DNA of 64,000 nt from Octopus vulgaris (GCA_951406725.2 OX597828.1:50282001-50346000); one strand, 5' to 3'; shown: positions 1 through 15,227, numbered from the stretch's first letter. Program-made: numbers and translations. Notes: generated by a model from the sequence alone, not told the origin.

Positions 1-1471
1 AGAATTCGGATCCACAAGGAAAGTCTTAGACAAAGCTATGCTATCATCATTAACTGAACTAACGTTAGATCCTTCACACTAGCCTCACTATTCATATCCG
101 TGGTCTGGGACCAAGTCACTGCACATTCAGGAAATATTCCTGGATACAATGTCTCTAACTTTGCTGTCTCTTGATCAGTTTCAGGTTTAGACTGCACAAT
201 AGGAACTGCATAAACTTTATCACCTGCAATATCATTGCCTAACAAAAGATCCACACCATCAATAAGGAAAGTGGTACCTAATCCAACAGTAACTGGACCT
301 ACTACATATTTACAATCAAAGTGAATTTGATACAAAGGAATGGAATCATATCCTGTTGTAACACCTTTAATTAATACTTCCTTTCCTAAAGATGTCAGCA
401 TGCTAATAGGTATAGCATCATACTTTAAGAGGGTTTGTTCTTCACTAGTATCTCTAAAAAGTGTAACAGACTTAGGGGTAGACGAACTGTCAGAAGTAGC
501 ATCAATACTAAAACTATCCACACCTGAAGCCATAACTAAGTCTGCATCAGCAGCATCAGAAATACCCACATCTGGGTCCAACTTAATCTTCGACGAAACC
601 CTTGTATCTGAAAAACACTTAAAACCTGAGGGCACAGCTACCTCTACAGAACCTACAACGTTTGACAAATCACAACACTTAAAAGCTGCTTCAAGAACAG
701 CTCGATCTCTGGACTGACCTGCTTCAACTGCCTCCTTAGCCTTTAACTTTCTACTATCAGCAATTAAGTGTCCGGGAGTCTTACAGTAGTGGCAGGATTT
801 AGAAGAAGCACTATAGTGAGCCTTCTGCTGCTTCTGACCTACTTCTGTTTTCTGAGTAACACCATCTGACTTGATAAACTGTTTTTATTGTCATCCTTTT
901 GTAGACGCTTGCCGTGAATCAATGCATACTCGTCTGCAAGTTTTGCTGCTTCAGCTAAAGTATTATCCTGCCTTTCAGCTACAAAACTCTCACGTCATAG
1001 GGAGACTTATTCAAGAACTCTTCTATCAGCATTAACTCTTCCAACTGACCGAAAGTATTAACTTTTTTTAGACCTAAGCCACTTATCCCACATTACGCTT
1101 TTTGTCTAGTGAATTTTATGTACGAATCGGAGGAATTTTTCCAAGCTTGCCTAAACTTTTGCCGGTACACTTTAGCTACCTGTTCATGATAATCTAATAT
1201 CTTCTGTTTAACTAAGCCATAATCTTTGCAATCAGCTACACTCATAACAGAGTAAGCTGAGTTTGATGTAGTACTGACCACTTATTTTTAGGCCATTTCA
1301 ATAACTCATCTGAGAATTATCCAAATCACTATCCTGAAATCTAGTAACAAATTTACTAGCACTAGCAATGTTAAAGCGTTTAAACGGAGTAGCAACATCA
1401 GCCTTCTCAGGTTCAGAATCAATTTGATTAGCTTTTAATTTTAGTTCTAACACTTGAAGTTCACACGCCTG

Positions 1472-1508
<37 letters not shown>

Positions 1509-1900
1509 TTTTAAGTCAATTTCTAACCGATCTCTATCGGCGACACGTTCTTCTTGTTCTAACTTAATTTCAGCTTCGCGTTTTTCTTTTTCTAAGCTAA
1601 TTTGCAATCTTAACTTTCCAAGTTCATAAGCCATCATTCTTTCACTAGCTGATAATTGAGGGGTGACTGAATCACCGATGGAAGACATTTTACCCTCAAC
1701 AATTAGGGCTTGTTTCACATCCAAAAAAAAAAAAAAAAAAAAAAAATTTTAAGACTACTTGCGGATACTTCTAAACCAATTTTAGCACTCACCTCGACAA
1801 GCGCATCTTTGTTTAACTGCTGAAGTTCCCTCAGAGTGATGGTATCTTTCTGCAGTAAGGCTTCTGCCATGGTGCACCCAATGACTACCGTAGTCAACAA
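1..1900 (-). pseudogene. Ty3/gypsy LTR retrotransposon gag-protease relic (SCAN-like capsid, CCHC knuckle, aspartic protease); runs off the window start
   Basis: Fragmented minus-strand ORFs: coiled-coil gag N-terminus, SCAN-like segment (...FGQLEELMLIEEFLNKSP), knuckle CHYCKTPGHLIADS at ~755-795 (last Cys to Ser), protease motifs LFRDTSEEQTLL and GVDLLLGNDIAG; multiple frameshifts. Confidence 0.85.
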
Positions 1901-2035
1901 TATAGTAAGACACCAGTTAATACAGATTTACAAATAATACCTAAATGGTAATATTTAACAAAAGGCTCTTTTATAGTTTACTAAATTATATATATTTTTT
2001 TAAAAGAAAAGATTGGTGTGTATAAAACTGTTCGG

Positions 2036-2053
2036 ATGCCGGACGAGCCCTCA
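2036..2053 (-). promoter_or_regulatory. Primer-binding site complementary to the tRNA-Pro 3' end
   Basis: Minus strand TGAGGGCTCGTCCGGCAT matches TGGGGGCTCGTCCGGGAT at 16/18 and lies 3 nt after a ...CGTAACA LTR end. Confidence 0.8.
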
Positions 2054-2056
2054 TTT

Positions 2057-2743
2057 TGTTACGACCCGGTGGCCATAACCCGAATCTACACAACCAACAA
2101 GGATGGGGTGAACCCAAAACAACAACACACCATGAAGTTTTTTAAAAATATTAGCAATTAAGCGTACACAACATACACAAACAACTTACATACAAACAAA
2201 TATATAGGAACAAATAAATTAATGCTACACTATAGATGCAGTCAAAATATTTACAAAAGTAAAATATATACAGTTTAGAAACTTGGCTTCAGAAATTTGG
2301 ATTCATAAATTTGGATTCTGCAATTTGGTTTCGTAGATTTGATTTCTTAAATTTGGTTTTCGAAATTTGGACCCAGATATGACACAGAAATTATTCAAAT
2401 CTGACAAGCAAAAATTCCTGGAGCATAAAATAAATCCATAAATGCCTAACACAAAGCACAAAGTGCATAAACTAATCAGGCAATCAAAGCTTCCAGAATC
2501 CAATTGAACAAATTTGTCTCAGAAAAAAAAGAAAAAAAAACTTTAACTATCACAAAAAACTGAATCTACAAGTATCTCTGCTTATAAAGGTTTGCTAAGC
2601 TCCTGCCAATTTATTAGTTTCAGAGTTTGGGTATTTACACTTAACGTCCCCCATTTTGATAATGGACTTTATCCTGACCTTACAGTGCAGCATGCAAAAC
2701 TGTCTGTTTACTTGTTAAAATCTATAATGCAGTGCAGGTAACA
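2057..2743 (-). mobile_element. Candidate 5' LTR of the gypsy relic
   Basis: TGTTAC at 2057 next to the PBS; matching GTAACA at 2738-2743. The far boundary is tentative because the second LTR is outside the window. Confidence 0.45.
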
Positions 2744-2820
2744 CTGCACAATAATAATATTATTTCATAATATACTCATAAAACTGGAATAATTTTAAAG
2801 AAAACCTTAATTTCCTAGCA

Positions 2821-2823
2821 ATA

Positions 2824-2854
<31 letters not shown>

Positions 2855-2859
2855 CTCTA

Positions 2860-2928
<69 letters not shown>

Positions 2929-2952
2929 GTCTGTCAGTCAGTCAGTCAGTCA

Positions 2953-3038
<86 letters not shown>

Positions 3039-3369
3039 ATACACACACGTTTGTGTGTGTGTGTCTTTGTCCCCCCACCGCTTGACAACTAGTGTTGGTG
3101 TATTTACCCCTATACCAACCTCTTACATTTACACCGCGCCCTTATAACAACCCTGCTCTACACCAATCCCTACCCCTATACCAGCACCCTACCCTGTCCC
3201 AACTGCAACCCCTCCCTACTTCTAGAGCAACCCCCTCCTTGCCCCATTCATCAACTCCTACCCCGCCATTATCTCACCCTGCTCTACAATCCCCACTCAG
3301 TATAAATAAGTACAAAGCTTAGTAAAAAATTTAAGTACTGGGGTAAAAAAGATATTTTACAGTTTAGTT

Positions 3370-3418
<49 letters not shown>

Positions 3419-3565
3419 ACACATACACACACACACTCACACACACACACACTCACACACACTCATACACACACACACTCACACACACATTCACAAACAC
3501 ACACAGACACTCACACACACACTCACACACACACACACACTCACACACTCACACACAAACACACA

Positions 3566-3650
<85 letters not shown>
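2821..3650. repeat. Compound microsatellites (CT)n/(TATC)n/(GTCT)n and (CA)n, with a degraded SINE tail at ~3050-3345
   Basis: Direct inspection. Confidence 0.9.
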
Positions 3651-3652
<2 letters not shown>

Positions 3653-4151
3653 TGATATTTAGCAGAAGCAACAGAATGACTTAAGAGTCGAAAGTTTCCT
3701 GAATCGGCACTTCTCGAACTTGTTACAGGTCGAAGAGCCGTGAGTTTATATAGCCGGTGAGATTTACACTTTCCCCCTGGAGTTTTCTAGATCGAATTTA
3801 AGAAGCAATTAGAATGTCACACGGATAATTCATATGTTTCAAATAGTTTACCCGTAATGTCGTTCAATAAGCAAAAATATCAATAAGTAAAGAAAGAAAG
3901 AAAACTTGCGCGCATCTTCAAAGACACAGACACACAGAGACAAACACACACACGCACGCACACGCACGCACACACACACATGTATACACAAACACACTCA
4001 CACGCACAAAACAAAATTTTGCACACATATATATGGGAGAGTATATATGAAATTAGAAAACCTGATTAAGACGTAGGCACGCCATTGGGACGTATGACCT
4101 AGTACTAAGCATCTTTTCTTGCTCTAGATCTGAACACAGATGGTCTTTTTC

Positions 4152-4247
<96 letters not shown>

Positions 4248-4581
4248 AAGAGAGAGAGAGAAAGAGAGAGAGAGAGAGGGAGAGAGAGAGAGAACAGGAT
4301 CAGCTCGAGTACTGGACTGGTACTTTATTGATCTCGAAAGGATGGAAGATAAATATATTTGACCACAGTAGGATTTGAACTTGGATCGCAAGCAAGCGGA
4401 ATGAACACTCCGGCATTGCGATTTAAAGTACAATGTGATCTTCTGTATAAGGCGTCCCCACTAAAATCATAACAATCAATGGTATTTAATATAGTTTTAT
4501 CTTTGAACGTTCGATTTTATTAGTAATTACTTTTGGTTTCAAAGATTTTATATTAAATCTCAAATTATAGGCGAGTAAACA

Positions 4582-4618
<37 letters not shown>

Positions 4619-4803
4619 TAAACACGATATATATATATATATATATATATACGTATGTATGTATGTACATGCATATACATGCAAGCATATACACACACAA
4701 GTACATACACATATCATATATACGCACATGTATTCATGCATGCATATACATAGATAAATACATACTTGCATATATATACAAACATAGATACGTATGTCGC
4801 ACG

Positions 4804-4838
<35 letters not shown>

Positions 4839-5484
4839 ACACAATTCCAATTTTTCTGTAAACTGGAATTATATATAGGTTTTGGAAAATTTGAAATGTC
4901 TAAGAATTTTAAGGATTCAAACAGCCAATCAAATTACTGAAAAACGCAGAGGCAAATATGTGAATTATTATGAATATTCATTTATAACTATCGATTATGT
5001 TAGATGTTTAATAATAAAATATTGAAAATTAATTTACATAACCATGCGATATAAAACTTTGTATAATGTTTTACCATTTTTTTTCCGAAACTAGAATTAA
5101 TGACTCTAAATTGCCAAAGAATTTCTATAAAAGTTTTCTCCAAAATCATTAATTCAAACAGATGTGATAAATTATTAATTTTATTTTTTGTTCGTAATCG
5201 CCGATAATCTTTCTGTTCGCCAGTCCCCGCTCATATCTTAATGCTGTATACTTACGCGTTAACCGGTTTTAAATTTGATGTTTTAGAATAAATTATACGA
5301 GGGGAAAGTAAACACGATAGATTATTTATTAAGAAATGAGAGTAGTTATTGATTAGTTGGGGATACAATAAACTTTAAGGAGGTGTTTAAAATTTCTTAG
5401 TAGGGTATCTGCCAAATGATATATTTGATTGTGATTGGTTGTTAAGAAACCGAAAGTAAGGTACATATTTGAATTTCACGAATG

Positions 5485-5524
5485 TATATATGTATGTATG
5501 TATGCATGCATGTATGTATGTATG

Positions 5525-5558
<34 letters not shown>

Positions 5559-6086
5559 TGTATGTATGTATGTATGTGTGTATGTATGTATGTATGTATG
5601 TATGTATGTATGTATGTATGTATGTATGTATGTATGTATGTACGTATGTATGTACGTACGTATGTATGTATGTATGTATGTATGTATGTATGTATGTATG
5701 TATGTATGTACGTACGTATGTATGTATGTATGTATGTATGTATGTATGTATGTATGTGTATGTATGTATGTATGTATGTATGTATGTATGTATGTATGTA
5801 TGTATGTATGTATGTATGTATGTATGTATGTATGTATGTACGTACGTATGTATGTATGTGTGTATGTATGTATGTATGTATGTGTGTATGTATGTATGTA
5901 TGTATGTATGTATGTATGTATGTATGTGTGTATGTATGTATGTATGTATGTATGTATGTATGTATGTATGTATGTATGTATGTATGTATGTATGTATGTA
6001 CGTACGTATGTATGTATGTATGTATGTATGTATGTATGTATGTATGTATGTATGTGTGTGTGTGTGTGTATGTATGTATGTGTGTA

Positions 6087-6119
<33 letters not shown>

Positions 6120-6215
6120 ATGCATGTATGCATGTATCTATGTATGTTTGTGTATATGTATAGTTATATATGTGTGTATGTAAGTATATGTGTATGTATG
6201 TACATGTGTATGTAT
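5485..6215. repeat. (TATG)n microsatellite, ~700 bp
   Basis: Direct inspection; source of the MYVC/HTYI pseudo-ORFs. Confidence 0.97.
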
Positions 6216-6550
6216 GTTGCTTCCCAACTTCATGGTTCTGGGTTCAGTCCCACTGCGTGGAGCCTTGGGGAAGTGTCTTCTACTCTAACCACAAACCAAC
6301 TAAAGCGTGGTGAGTGGGTTTGCATTAACCCTACCTCGCCCCAACACCAATCCCTACACCACTCCTGTACCAACCCCTTACCCGCTCTAACACCAGCCTC
6401 CTATCCCACCTACACGCGCACGCACGTACACACGCACGCACGTACACACGCACGCTAGTACACGCGCACGCACGTACACACACTTACGCGTGTGTGTGTG
6501 TATATATATACATGGTCATTTTGCCAGTTTAGCCAAACAAATATATATAC

Positions 6551-6581
<31 letters not shown>

Positions 6582-6583
6582 CG

Positions 6584-6584
<1 letters not shown>

Positions 6585-6637
<53 letters not shown>

Positions 6638-6638
6638 C

Positions 6639-6693
<55 letters not shown>

Positions 6694-6702
6694 CCTATCT
6701 AC

Positions 6703-6767
<65 letters not shown>

Positions 6768-6775
6768 CTATCTAC

Positions 6776-6818
<43 letters not shown>

Positions 6819-6819
6819 C

Positions 6820-6878
<59 letters not shown>
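6585..6878. repeat. (TATC)n microsatellite
   Basis: Direct inspection. Confidence 0.97.
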
Positions 6879-6879
<1 letters not shown>

Positions 6880-7065
6880 ACTAGCAAAGTAGCTCGTTAA
6901 GAAATTTTTTACTATGAAGTAAAGTTACCTAAACGTAGGTGTCCAACAGACGACGTTGCTATTTTAACTCCAGGAGGCCACCTCCTCCAGCTGGTTATTC
7001 AGTGCACTTCGTACTCAATATATATTGCATCGTATTGACTAGAATATTGGATATTATATATAGAG
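6879..7065 (-). mobile_element. Possible short non-autonomous Helitron remnant
   Basis: Minus strand starts TCTATATATAAT and ends ...TTTGCTAG|T; 3' hairpin not clear. Confidence 0.3.
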
Positions 7066-7544
7066 GAAGGCGTGTGCGCATGTATGTACGTGAACGTGCA
7101 TGTGTGTTTGTGTTAATGTTATGTGTTACTACTGTTTAAAAAAGTTTTAATTAAGACTTTATTGTAAGGTATATCAAGGTGCTACTTATTTACGTCCCGT
7201 CATGAGATAAATAAATGCCATGATATGGTCTGGCCGTATGTATTTGGGCATGTATCAAACCTAGAAATAATTTTATTGTTACTATCTCTGCAGATCTTGA
7301 CATGGTGGCGACGACAACGACGACGACAACAACAAAACAACAACGACAGCGGTGGTGGTGATGGTGGTGGTGGTGATGATGATGATTCACTTGTTTTCGC
7401 GTTAAGCGATGGCCTAAACATTTGGCCAAGAAGATTCAGGTTTGATTTCATTGAAACAGCAGCACTCTGGTCAAGTTTCCTTTTATTAAAACCTCGAGAT
7501 GAGGCAAAGACCTCTTGAGTAGAATTCGGAAGACTGAAGGCTAC

Positions 7545-7584
<40 letters not shown>

Positions 7585-7604
7585 CACACACACACACACA
7601 CACA

Positions 7605-7995
7605 CTCTTTTACTCTTTTACTTGTTTCAGTCATTTGACTGTGGCCATACTGGAGCACCGCCTTTAATCGAGCAACTCGACCCCGGGACTTATTCTTTTG
7701 TAAGCCCAGTACTTATTCTATCGGTCTCTTTTGCCGAACCGCTAAGTTACGGGGACATAAACACACCAACATCAGTTTTCAAGCAATGCTAGAGGGACAA
7801 ACACAGACACACAAACACACACACGCATATATATATATATACATATATACATATATACGACAGGCTTCTTTCAGTTTCCGTCTACCAAATCCACTCACAA
7901 GGCTTTGGTCAGCCCGAGGCTATAGTAGAAGACACTTGCCCTAGGTTCCATGCAGTGGGACTGAACCCGGAACCATGTGGTTGGTAAACAAGCTA
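7605..7995 (-). mobile_element. tRNA-derived SINE family A (abundant ~400-bp element with internal TA/TG tract), 5' end clipped
   Basis: Near-identical to copies at 9.5, 23.3, 30.7, 33.8, 50.5 and 54.5 kb; B-box GGTTCAGTCCC; tail ...GACTGAAACAAGTAAAAGAG. Confidence 0.9.
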
Positions 7996-8059
7996 TCATA
8001 TATTATATATATTATATATCATATATTATATATATTATAATATATATATATATATATTA

Positions 8060-9170
8060 TTAATTTAAATGGGCAATCTTTCCTCAAATGTCGATCTCCG
8101 CAACCATAGCACTGTTTTGAATTTAAATGTTTCCTTCTTTCTATACTTCCCTTACACATTTGTACATTATTATTCTTGTCTTCTATCTTTCTTGTATCAT
8201 CTCGAAGGTTTATTATTTGTTGGCATTCCTCAGCCACTTTCTGCAAAGTGAGTTTCATATCTTGATTCAACTTTGATAATATTCTTTTTCTAATTTCCGT
8301 GTCTTCCGTTGCCACTAGCCCTTTAACGAACATTTGGCACTTGAATATATTTGGCGTTAATTCTTCCAGCTTAAACCTTTCGCGAGCCTTATCAACCATA
8401 CCGGCATATGTTACAAAATCATCGGGCTCGTTTTTCTTTAAATTTAAACATTCCCATCGAATGTTAAACTGCGAACTTTTCTCGCTAAAAATATTAGTCA
8501 AAATATTTATCGTTTCATCAAAACATAATTCCGCGGGCTTTCTTGGCAAAATAAAGTTACAAAAACCTTCGTGCTCCAGAGTAGCAAACTTTCGCAAAAG
8601 GAGCCTTACCTTCCTTTCATTAGTCCATCTCTTACATTCCTCTCGGAATATGTCTTCGTATCGTCTGTAATATGCAGCAAAAGTAGTTCCTTCATCCGGA
8701 TTGTAGTGAAATTCTTCGATGGAATTTGGAACACCATCTGCTGAAAATGATTCTGTCGTATTTCTCGACTGCAGTAACAATTCTGTTAACATCTGTAGTC
8801 CGAAACGTGGTCCTTTGCTATTCGTAAGACCCGCAGAAGCGAAAGCAGGTCAACCCCCGACACCGAGAGCATCGACGGATGGATGAATGCGCATCCAGGC
8901 TCAGCGATTGGGTAGGAAGTAAGGGACAAGAAACAGGAAGAAAAAGTGAGAGAAAGTTGGTGCGAAAGAGTAAAACAGGGGTCGCCACCACCCCCTGCCG
9001 GAGCCACGTGGAGCTTTAGGTGTTTTCGCTCAATAAACATACACAACGCCCGGTCTGGGAATCGAAACCACGATCCTCCGACCGCGAGTCTGCTGCCCTA
9101 ACCATTGGGCCATTGCGCCTCCACAGCTGTTGTTGTTTCATAACTGCTTTCAGTAACTCTTCCATTTCGG
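8060..9170 (-). pseudogene. Ty3/gypsy (Mag/K02A2.6-like) gag relic interrupted by a SINE
   Basis: MEELLKAVMKQQQ joins MLTELLLQ...IEEFHYNPDEGTTFAAYYRRYEDIF...CYGCGDRHLRKDCPFK (CX2CX3HX4C knuckle); truncated by a TA tract before the protease. Confidence 0.85.
8793..9123 (-). mobile_element. tRNA(Arg-like)-derived SINE family D inserted in gag
   Basis: Head GGAGGCGCAATGGCCCAATGGTTAGGGCAGCAGACTCGCGG...GGTTTCGATTCCC (A and B boxes); flanked by near-TSD ACAACAGCTGT / ACTACAGATGT. Confidence 0.8.
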
Positions 9171-9182
9171 TACTATTCGAAA

Positions 9183-9362
9183 CCTTGTCGCCACTCTTAG
9201 GTCGCAAGTTCGGATTCCTTCTACTCAACTATGCTCAACACTACTCACTCATCTACTACTCGACTGTGCTCTCCACTCCTACTCTCTTGACGTTTAGGCT
9301 TCTCCCTGTATATCTACGTATTGGGATAGCCTACTTCATCGTCTGGGGGTGTCCACACAACA
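9183..9362 (-). mobile_element. PBS-like TGGCGACAAGG plus candidate short (~165 bp) 5' LTR of the Mag-like gypsy
   Basis: TGGCGAC-type PBS just upstream of the gag start; candidate LTR starts TGTTGTG at 9362; LTR 3' CA end is degenerate. Confidence 0.5.
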
Positions 9363-9528
9363 AAAAAAAAGTTCGTTTTCTATGTTTTTGTTTTCGTTTT
9401 CGCTTTTCATTGTCTTCAACGTTTTTTGATGTCCTGTACCCATATATGCATGTATATATACATATAGATGTAGGTATGTACATATATGTATGTATATATG
9501 CATATATTTATATTATTATGTTATATAT

Positions 9529-9938
9529 ACTCTTTTTTTTTACTCTTTTTCTTGTTTCAGTCATTTGACTGCGGCCATGCTGGAGCACCGCCTTTAATCG
9601 AGCAAATCGACCCCGGGACTTATTCTTTTGTAAGCCCAGTACTTATTCTATCGGTCTGTTTTGCCGAACCGCTAAGTAACGGGGACATAAACACACCAGC
9701 ATCGGTTGTCAAGCAATGCTAGGGGACAAACACAGACACACAAACACACACACACATATATATATATACATATATACGACGGGCTTCTTTCAGTTTCCGT
9801 CTACCAAATCCACTCACAAGGCTTTGGTCGGCCCGAGGCTCTAGTAGAAGACACTTGCTCAAGGTGCCACGCAGTGGGACTGAACCCAGAACCATGTGGT
9901 TGGTAGACAAGCTACTTACCACACAGCCACTCCTGCGC
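9529..9938 (-). mobile_element. SINE family A, full length
   Basis: A-box TGGCTGTGTGG, B-box GGTTCAGTCCC, conserved body and tail. Confidence 0.92.
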
Positions 9939-9940
9939 TA

Positions 9941-10031
<91 letters not shown>

Positions 10032-10178
10032 ATATATATATATATATTAGCTCCGTCAATCTAACGAAATCGGTCACCTGCGAAAGTGCGCAATTTCGAG
10101 GTTACTATCAACCTGCTCTTTGTATATCTAATAATCTCTTTGAATGCATGGAATGCTGTAACGCCTTCAAATAGTATG

Positions 10179-10240
<62 letters not shown>

Positions 10241-10828
10241 GTACACAATACACAGTTTCTTTTCACCAAATTCCCGCCACACGGCAATAGATCCAGCCCT
10301 AGGTTAATGTTTAGCGCACTTGCTTGCGGTACCAGGCTGTAGGCACTAACTACGATTCACGTTCTTACGCGTCAATCTTCCGAACGAAACACTGTTAGTT
10401 GTTAGTATTACCTGGTTAGCTACGGCTCTGACCGGTTATAAACGCTGTGCTTGCAAAGAATTAGCTGTTAATGTAGGAGGAGAAAATAAAACCAGAAGAA
10501 ATTACGACCAACTTTTAACTCTATGTATAAATCATGCAAATCAATTCGACCAGAATAAAATTGATTTCTCTCTCTCGGGGAAAATAAATCATACATTTAT
10601 TCTAATAACTGAGTTCCAAGTAAAAAAAAAACAAAGGAAATAAAAAAGGAAGAATATAAAAAAAAATGTCTAAAATCTTTGATTATTGGACTTAGCTTAT
10701 AAAGGAAACAGAAAGAACGTGAAATGCAGTGCTACAAATGTGACTTTTCTAATTATATATAAAATGGTAAACAATTAGCGGCTGCTAATCCGTCTTTTTA
10801 TAGTTTCCTTTTCAGAAAGTGATGGCGA

Positions 10829-10830
10829 TG

Positions 10831-10915
<85 letters not shown>

Positions 10916-11200
10916 CATACATATATACATGTGTATATATATATACATACATACATATATACATGTGTATATATATATATATATATATACATACACACAT
11001 ATGTATATATATATATACATATACATATATACATATATATGTACTATACATAGATAGATAGATAGATCGATATGTATATATGTATGTATGTATATATATA
11101 TACATTCACACACATATGTATATGTATACACATATATGTATGTATGTATTTGTATATACGTAATATACATACATTTACACGAACACACACACACACACAC
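10829..11200. repeat. (TA)n/(TACA)n compound microsatellite
   Basis: Direct inspection. Confidence 0.95.
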
Positions 11201-11367
11201 TCCGGTCTTAATACTCCGGTCACTTCGTTTTGCTGTGTTTTTCTTGACTGGGTGAAATAAACTGTCATATATGATTTCGTGTTCTGCCAAACTTGTCCAT
11301 AATTGATTATAGAAACGAAACAAAAGAAAAGGCAAACTTTCGTTCAACCGATAATACAATGTCCTAT

Positions 11368-12270
<903 letters not shown>

Positions 12271-12584
12271 TTCATATACACACAGCGTATTAGACTGTTG
12301 GAAAGAAGTCTAATCTCTAGTGCGTATATGAAATAATGATAATAATAATAATACTTCATGGCTGAAGTGCCCACATCCTACGTAAAATATTGTTTATGTA
12401 ATCTCAAATTTTAAAACAAACAAATTTTCTCATATTTCCTTAAGCATTCTCTATGAAAAAACCAAATATATGACACCCTAGGCATAATACCAACTTGAAC
12501 TTCTAACTTGTTGTCTCTTGAGGTCTCTGTGGTCTCTGAGACTTGGAGTCAATTTGTACAAATACAAAGCAGAAATCAAACATA

Positions 12585-12655
<71 letters not shown>

Positions 12656-12693
12656 ATGATGATGATGATGATGCTGATAATAATAATAATAGC

Positions 12694-12750
<57 letters not shown>

Positions 12751-13223
12751 CTTGGTACAAAAGATGGGCTACAGCAAATATTCTGCTCAATTCCACAGAT
12801 TTGCTTGTCAGTTGTTTGACCTTAACCAGTTGAGCATGTCCCTTAGTGGCTGACGATATGTGCATCTCTGATCACGAGCAGAAGTAGTGGGGGAGCATCA
12901 TAGCCATGTGTTGAGAAGGATTCTTTGGGGTTTGAATAATTCACCTCTGGAAACATGGGTGTTTCGTTCAACATCCTTAAACAAGCCTTATTCAGGGACC
13001 TTTTGAGCGGGATGGGTTACTCGATCTGAAGAAAATTCTAACTGGGCTCCACCTGCAAGGTCATGTGCTGTTTATCTTGATATGAGATCACCATGTCGCG
13101 CACATATGGTTGTGATGCATGTGCCTGGTGTACCCTTATCAGACGGGTAGTCATGATGGGTATACTGGGCTTCGTATATTTTACCCCAGTGTCACTTCGA
13201 TGGCATGCTCTGCTCGCTCACTC
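12751..13223 (+). mobile_element. ~0.5-kb interspersed element embedded in (TAA)n, copy 1 (5'-truncated)
   Basis: Highly similar to the reverse complement of 15291-15750; ends ...GCTCACTC(AAT)n; (AAT)n on both sides. Confidence 0.85.
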
Positions 13224-13273
<50 letters not shown>

Positions 13274-13340
13274 TGATGCTGATGCTGATAATAATAATAA
13301 TAATAACAACAACAACACCACCAACAACAGCAACAACAGC

Positions 13341-13378
<38 letters not shown>

Positions 13379-13389
13379 TGCTGATACTG

Positions 13390-13435
<46 letters not shown>

Positions 13436-13504
13436 TAATAATAATAATAATTAATAATAATAATAATAATGATAATAATAATGATGTGATGATGATGATG
13501 ATAA

Positions 13505-15090
13505 TCTGTTCCAGGCATGCATCAAAGATGGCATTCCAGTCACCCATTAACATTAATCAGCGTGACGTCCCAAGGAAAACCTCCAAACGTCTGAAGAAAT
13601 CTGGCTGCCCTCCCCCGTGAGAGCGTAAACAGCGACTAGTCTAAAGGCATCACCTTCACTGTCACTCACGTCCAGGACCACTAACTTACTCCCCGGGTCC
13701 AGGAAGATCGTCCGAACCTCGAGATCCAGGCATTTCCTAAGCACTACCACCCCAATTCTGGGCCGACTCAGAGATGCATAGATCTCATACTTGTCGAAAA
13801 CGGATGCAAGATCATGTGTATCAGAAATCCTGATCTCACATCCAAACCTAGCAACCTGAGATCATTGAGCAAGGGACCTTGCTTCCAGGGTGATCTCAGG
13901 CCGCGAATATTTATGCAGCCCTCTCTGACAATCGCCATGACGACTCGAAAAGGTTGAGGAAAAGAAAATAGAGCGGAGTTACTTATCATCCTGGAGCTGT
14001 TGGCAGCCCGGTGACACGAGCTCCGGATCTGGTTCCTCTGGAAAACCGGCTAAAAGCCTCTTCGTGGCGCAAATGTTTGGCTTTCCTACGTCATGCGGGA
14101 AAACCTTCTGAATTTCTTTGTAGGCTTTGAGCTGTAGCCGAATTAGGAATAGGTGATCCGGAACCCTAAGGATGCTGGTGTTGTAAATTGCATCCTCTCT
14201 CTCAATTTACTTGTTTTTGGCTATGAGAGCGAACAAATATTTGTTGGCCCTCATCATGAGCACATAATTCGGTGTATCTATATTGGTGACTTAGTTAGTT
14301 AGTTAGTTAGTTAATTTGGCTCAAAAGCAAATAGCAAGGCCATGCAGGGGGACATGGAGTTAAGTACAGGGTTGTGTTCATGTAAAGAGTTCAGGCCACT
14401 TGAGGTCCAGGGAGGCTTTGAACAAAGCGGTCGTCGGCATCTTCACCATCTCGTCTGGCAGCTTGTTCCACGGATCCGCAACCCTGTGAGCTTTCTTTTC
14501 GGGAGTACATGTAGTTGTGCGATCATTGGTGGATTTGGTTGCGGCAGTTGAGGTTGTGACGATAGTGGTGCTGGTGTTATTCTTGCTGCGTCTATGTCCG
14601 ATGTAGTGGGGGATTTTAGTGTTTTCAGGTGTTGGCGTAGGTTCGTCTGTCTTTTTTTTCTTTTGTCTTTTGCGTTTTTTGCGTTGTTTCTTCCCCATCG
14701 TCACTACTGGATAGGGACGGACTAGTGTCTGTAGGATCTGTCTCGGGAAATGTGAGTGTGTCTGTGATAGTGTGAGCGTGTTGGTGTGAGTGCTTGTTTG
14801 AGAGAGAGGGTGACAGAGGGCTGGTTTGACACATACCCTAGGTTTTTTCTCCATTCTGTGGGGTTCGCCTCTGTTGTTGTTGATGAGGCTACCGGGGAGG
14901 GAAGTGTTACCTTCTAGCAAGCTGGTTGAAAGGTGGATGAATGTTGGAAGAATGGCCAGTGTGAAAGGACCAGTTCAGAGCATACATCTGTAAAAAATTA
15001 AAGGAGAAGGGCTCTAGCCCTGGTGATCAGGCACTCGTGGATTTTGTGGGTTTCCTCACGAAGGCCTTAAAGCGCCTCACCTACTGGGAG
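13505..15090 (-). pseudogene. Tx1/L1-clade LINE 5' portion: ORF1-like region plus APE endonuclease N-terminus
   Basis: Frameshifted EN motifs GCINIRGLRS, FRLVAVYA and LMGDWNAIFD at 13505-13940; K/T-rich ORF1-like sequence upstream. Confidence 0.75.
14291..14497 (-). mobile_element. 5'-truncated CR1/L2-type LINE 3' end with (TAAC)n tail
   Basis: C-terminal motif HRVADPWNKLPDEMVKMPTTALFKASLD* (RV..WN.LP...F K..LD), short UTR and tetranucleotide tail. Confidence 0.8.
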
Positions 15091-15227
15091 TTTTAATTTG
15101 TTTAATTTTTTATTGTTATATTTTGTTTACTTGCTGAAAACCCGTTACCTCGTCGTGTGTTGTCTTTTGCGACTGTTTTCTGTCATTTAATGTTGTTGTA
15201 TGTGAGCCCTTGTGGCCAATAAAATAA

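Noticed and set aside
5387-6900. Long ORFs of MYVC/HTYI/YLSI repeats (also 45.0-46.2 kb, 58.2-59.0 kb and others)
   Set aside because: Translations of tetra- and dinucleotide microsatellites that lack stop codons
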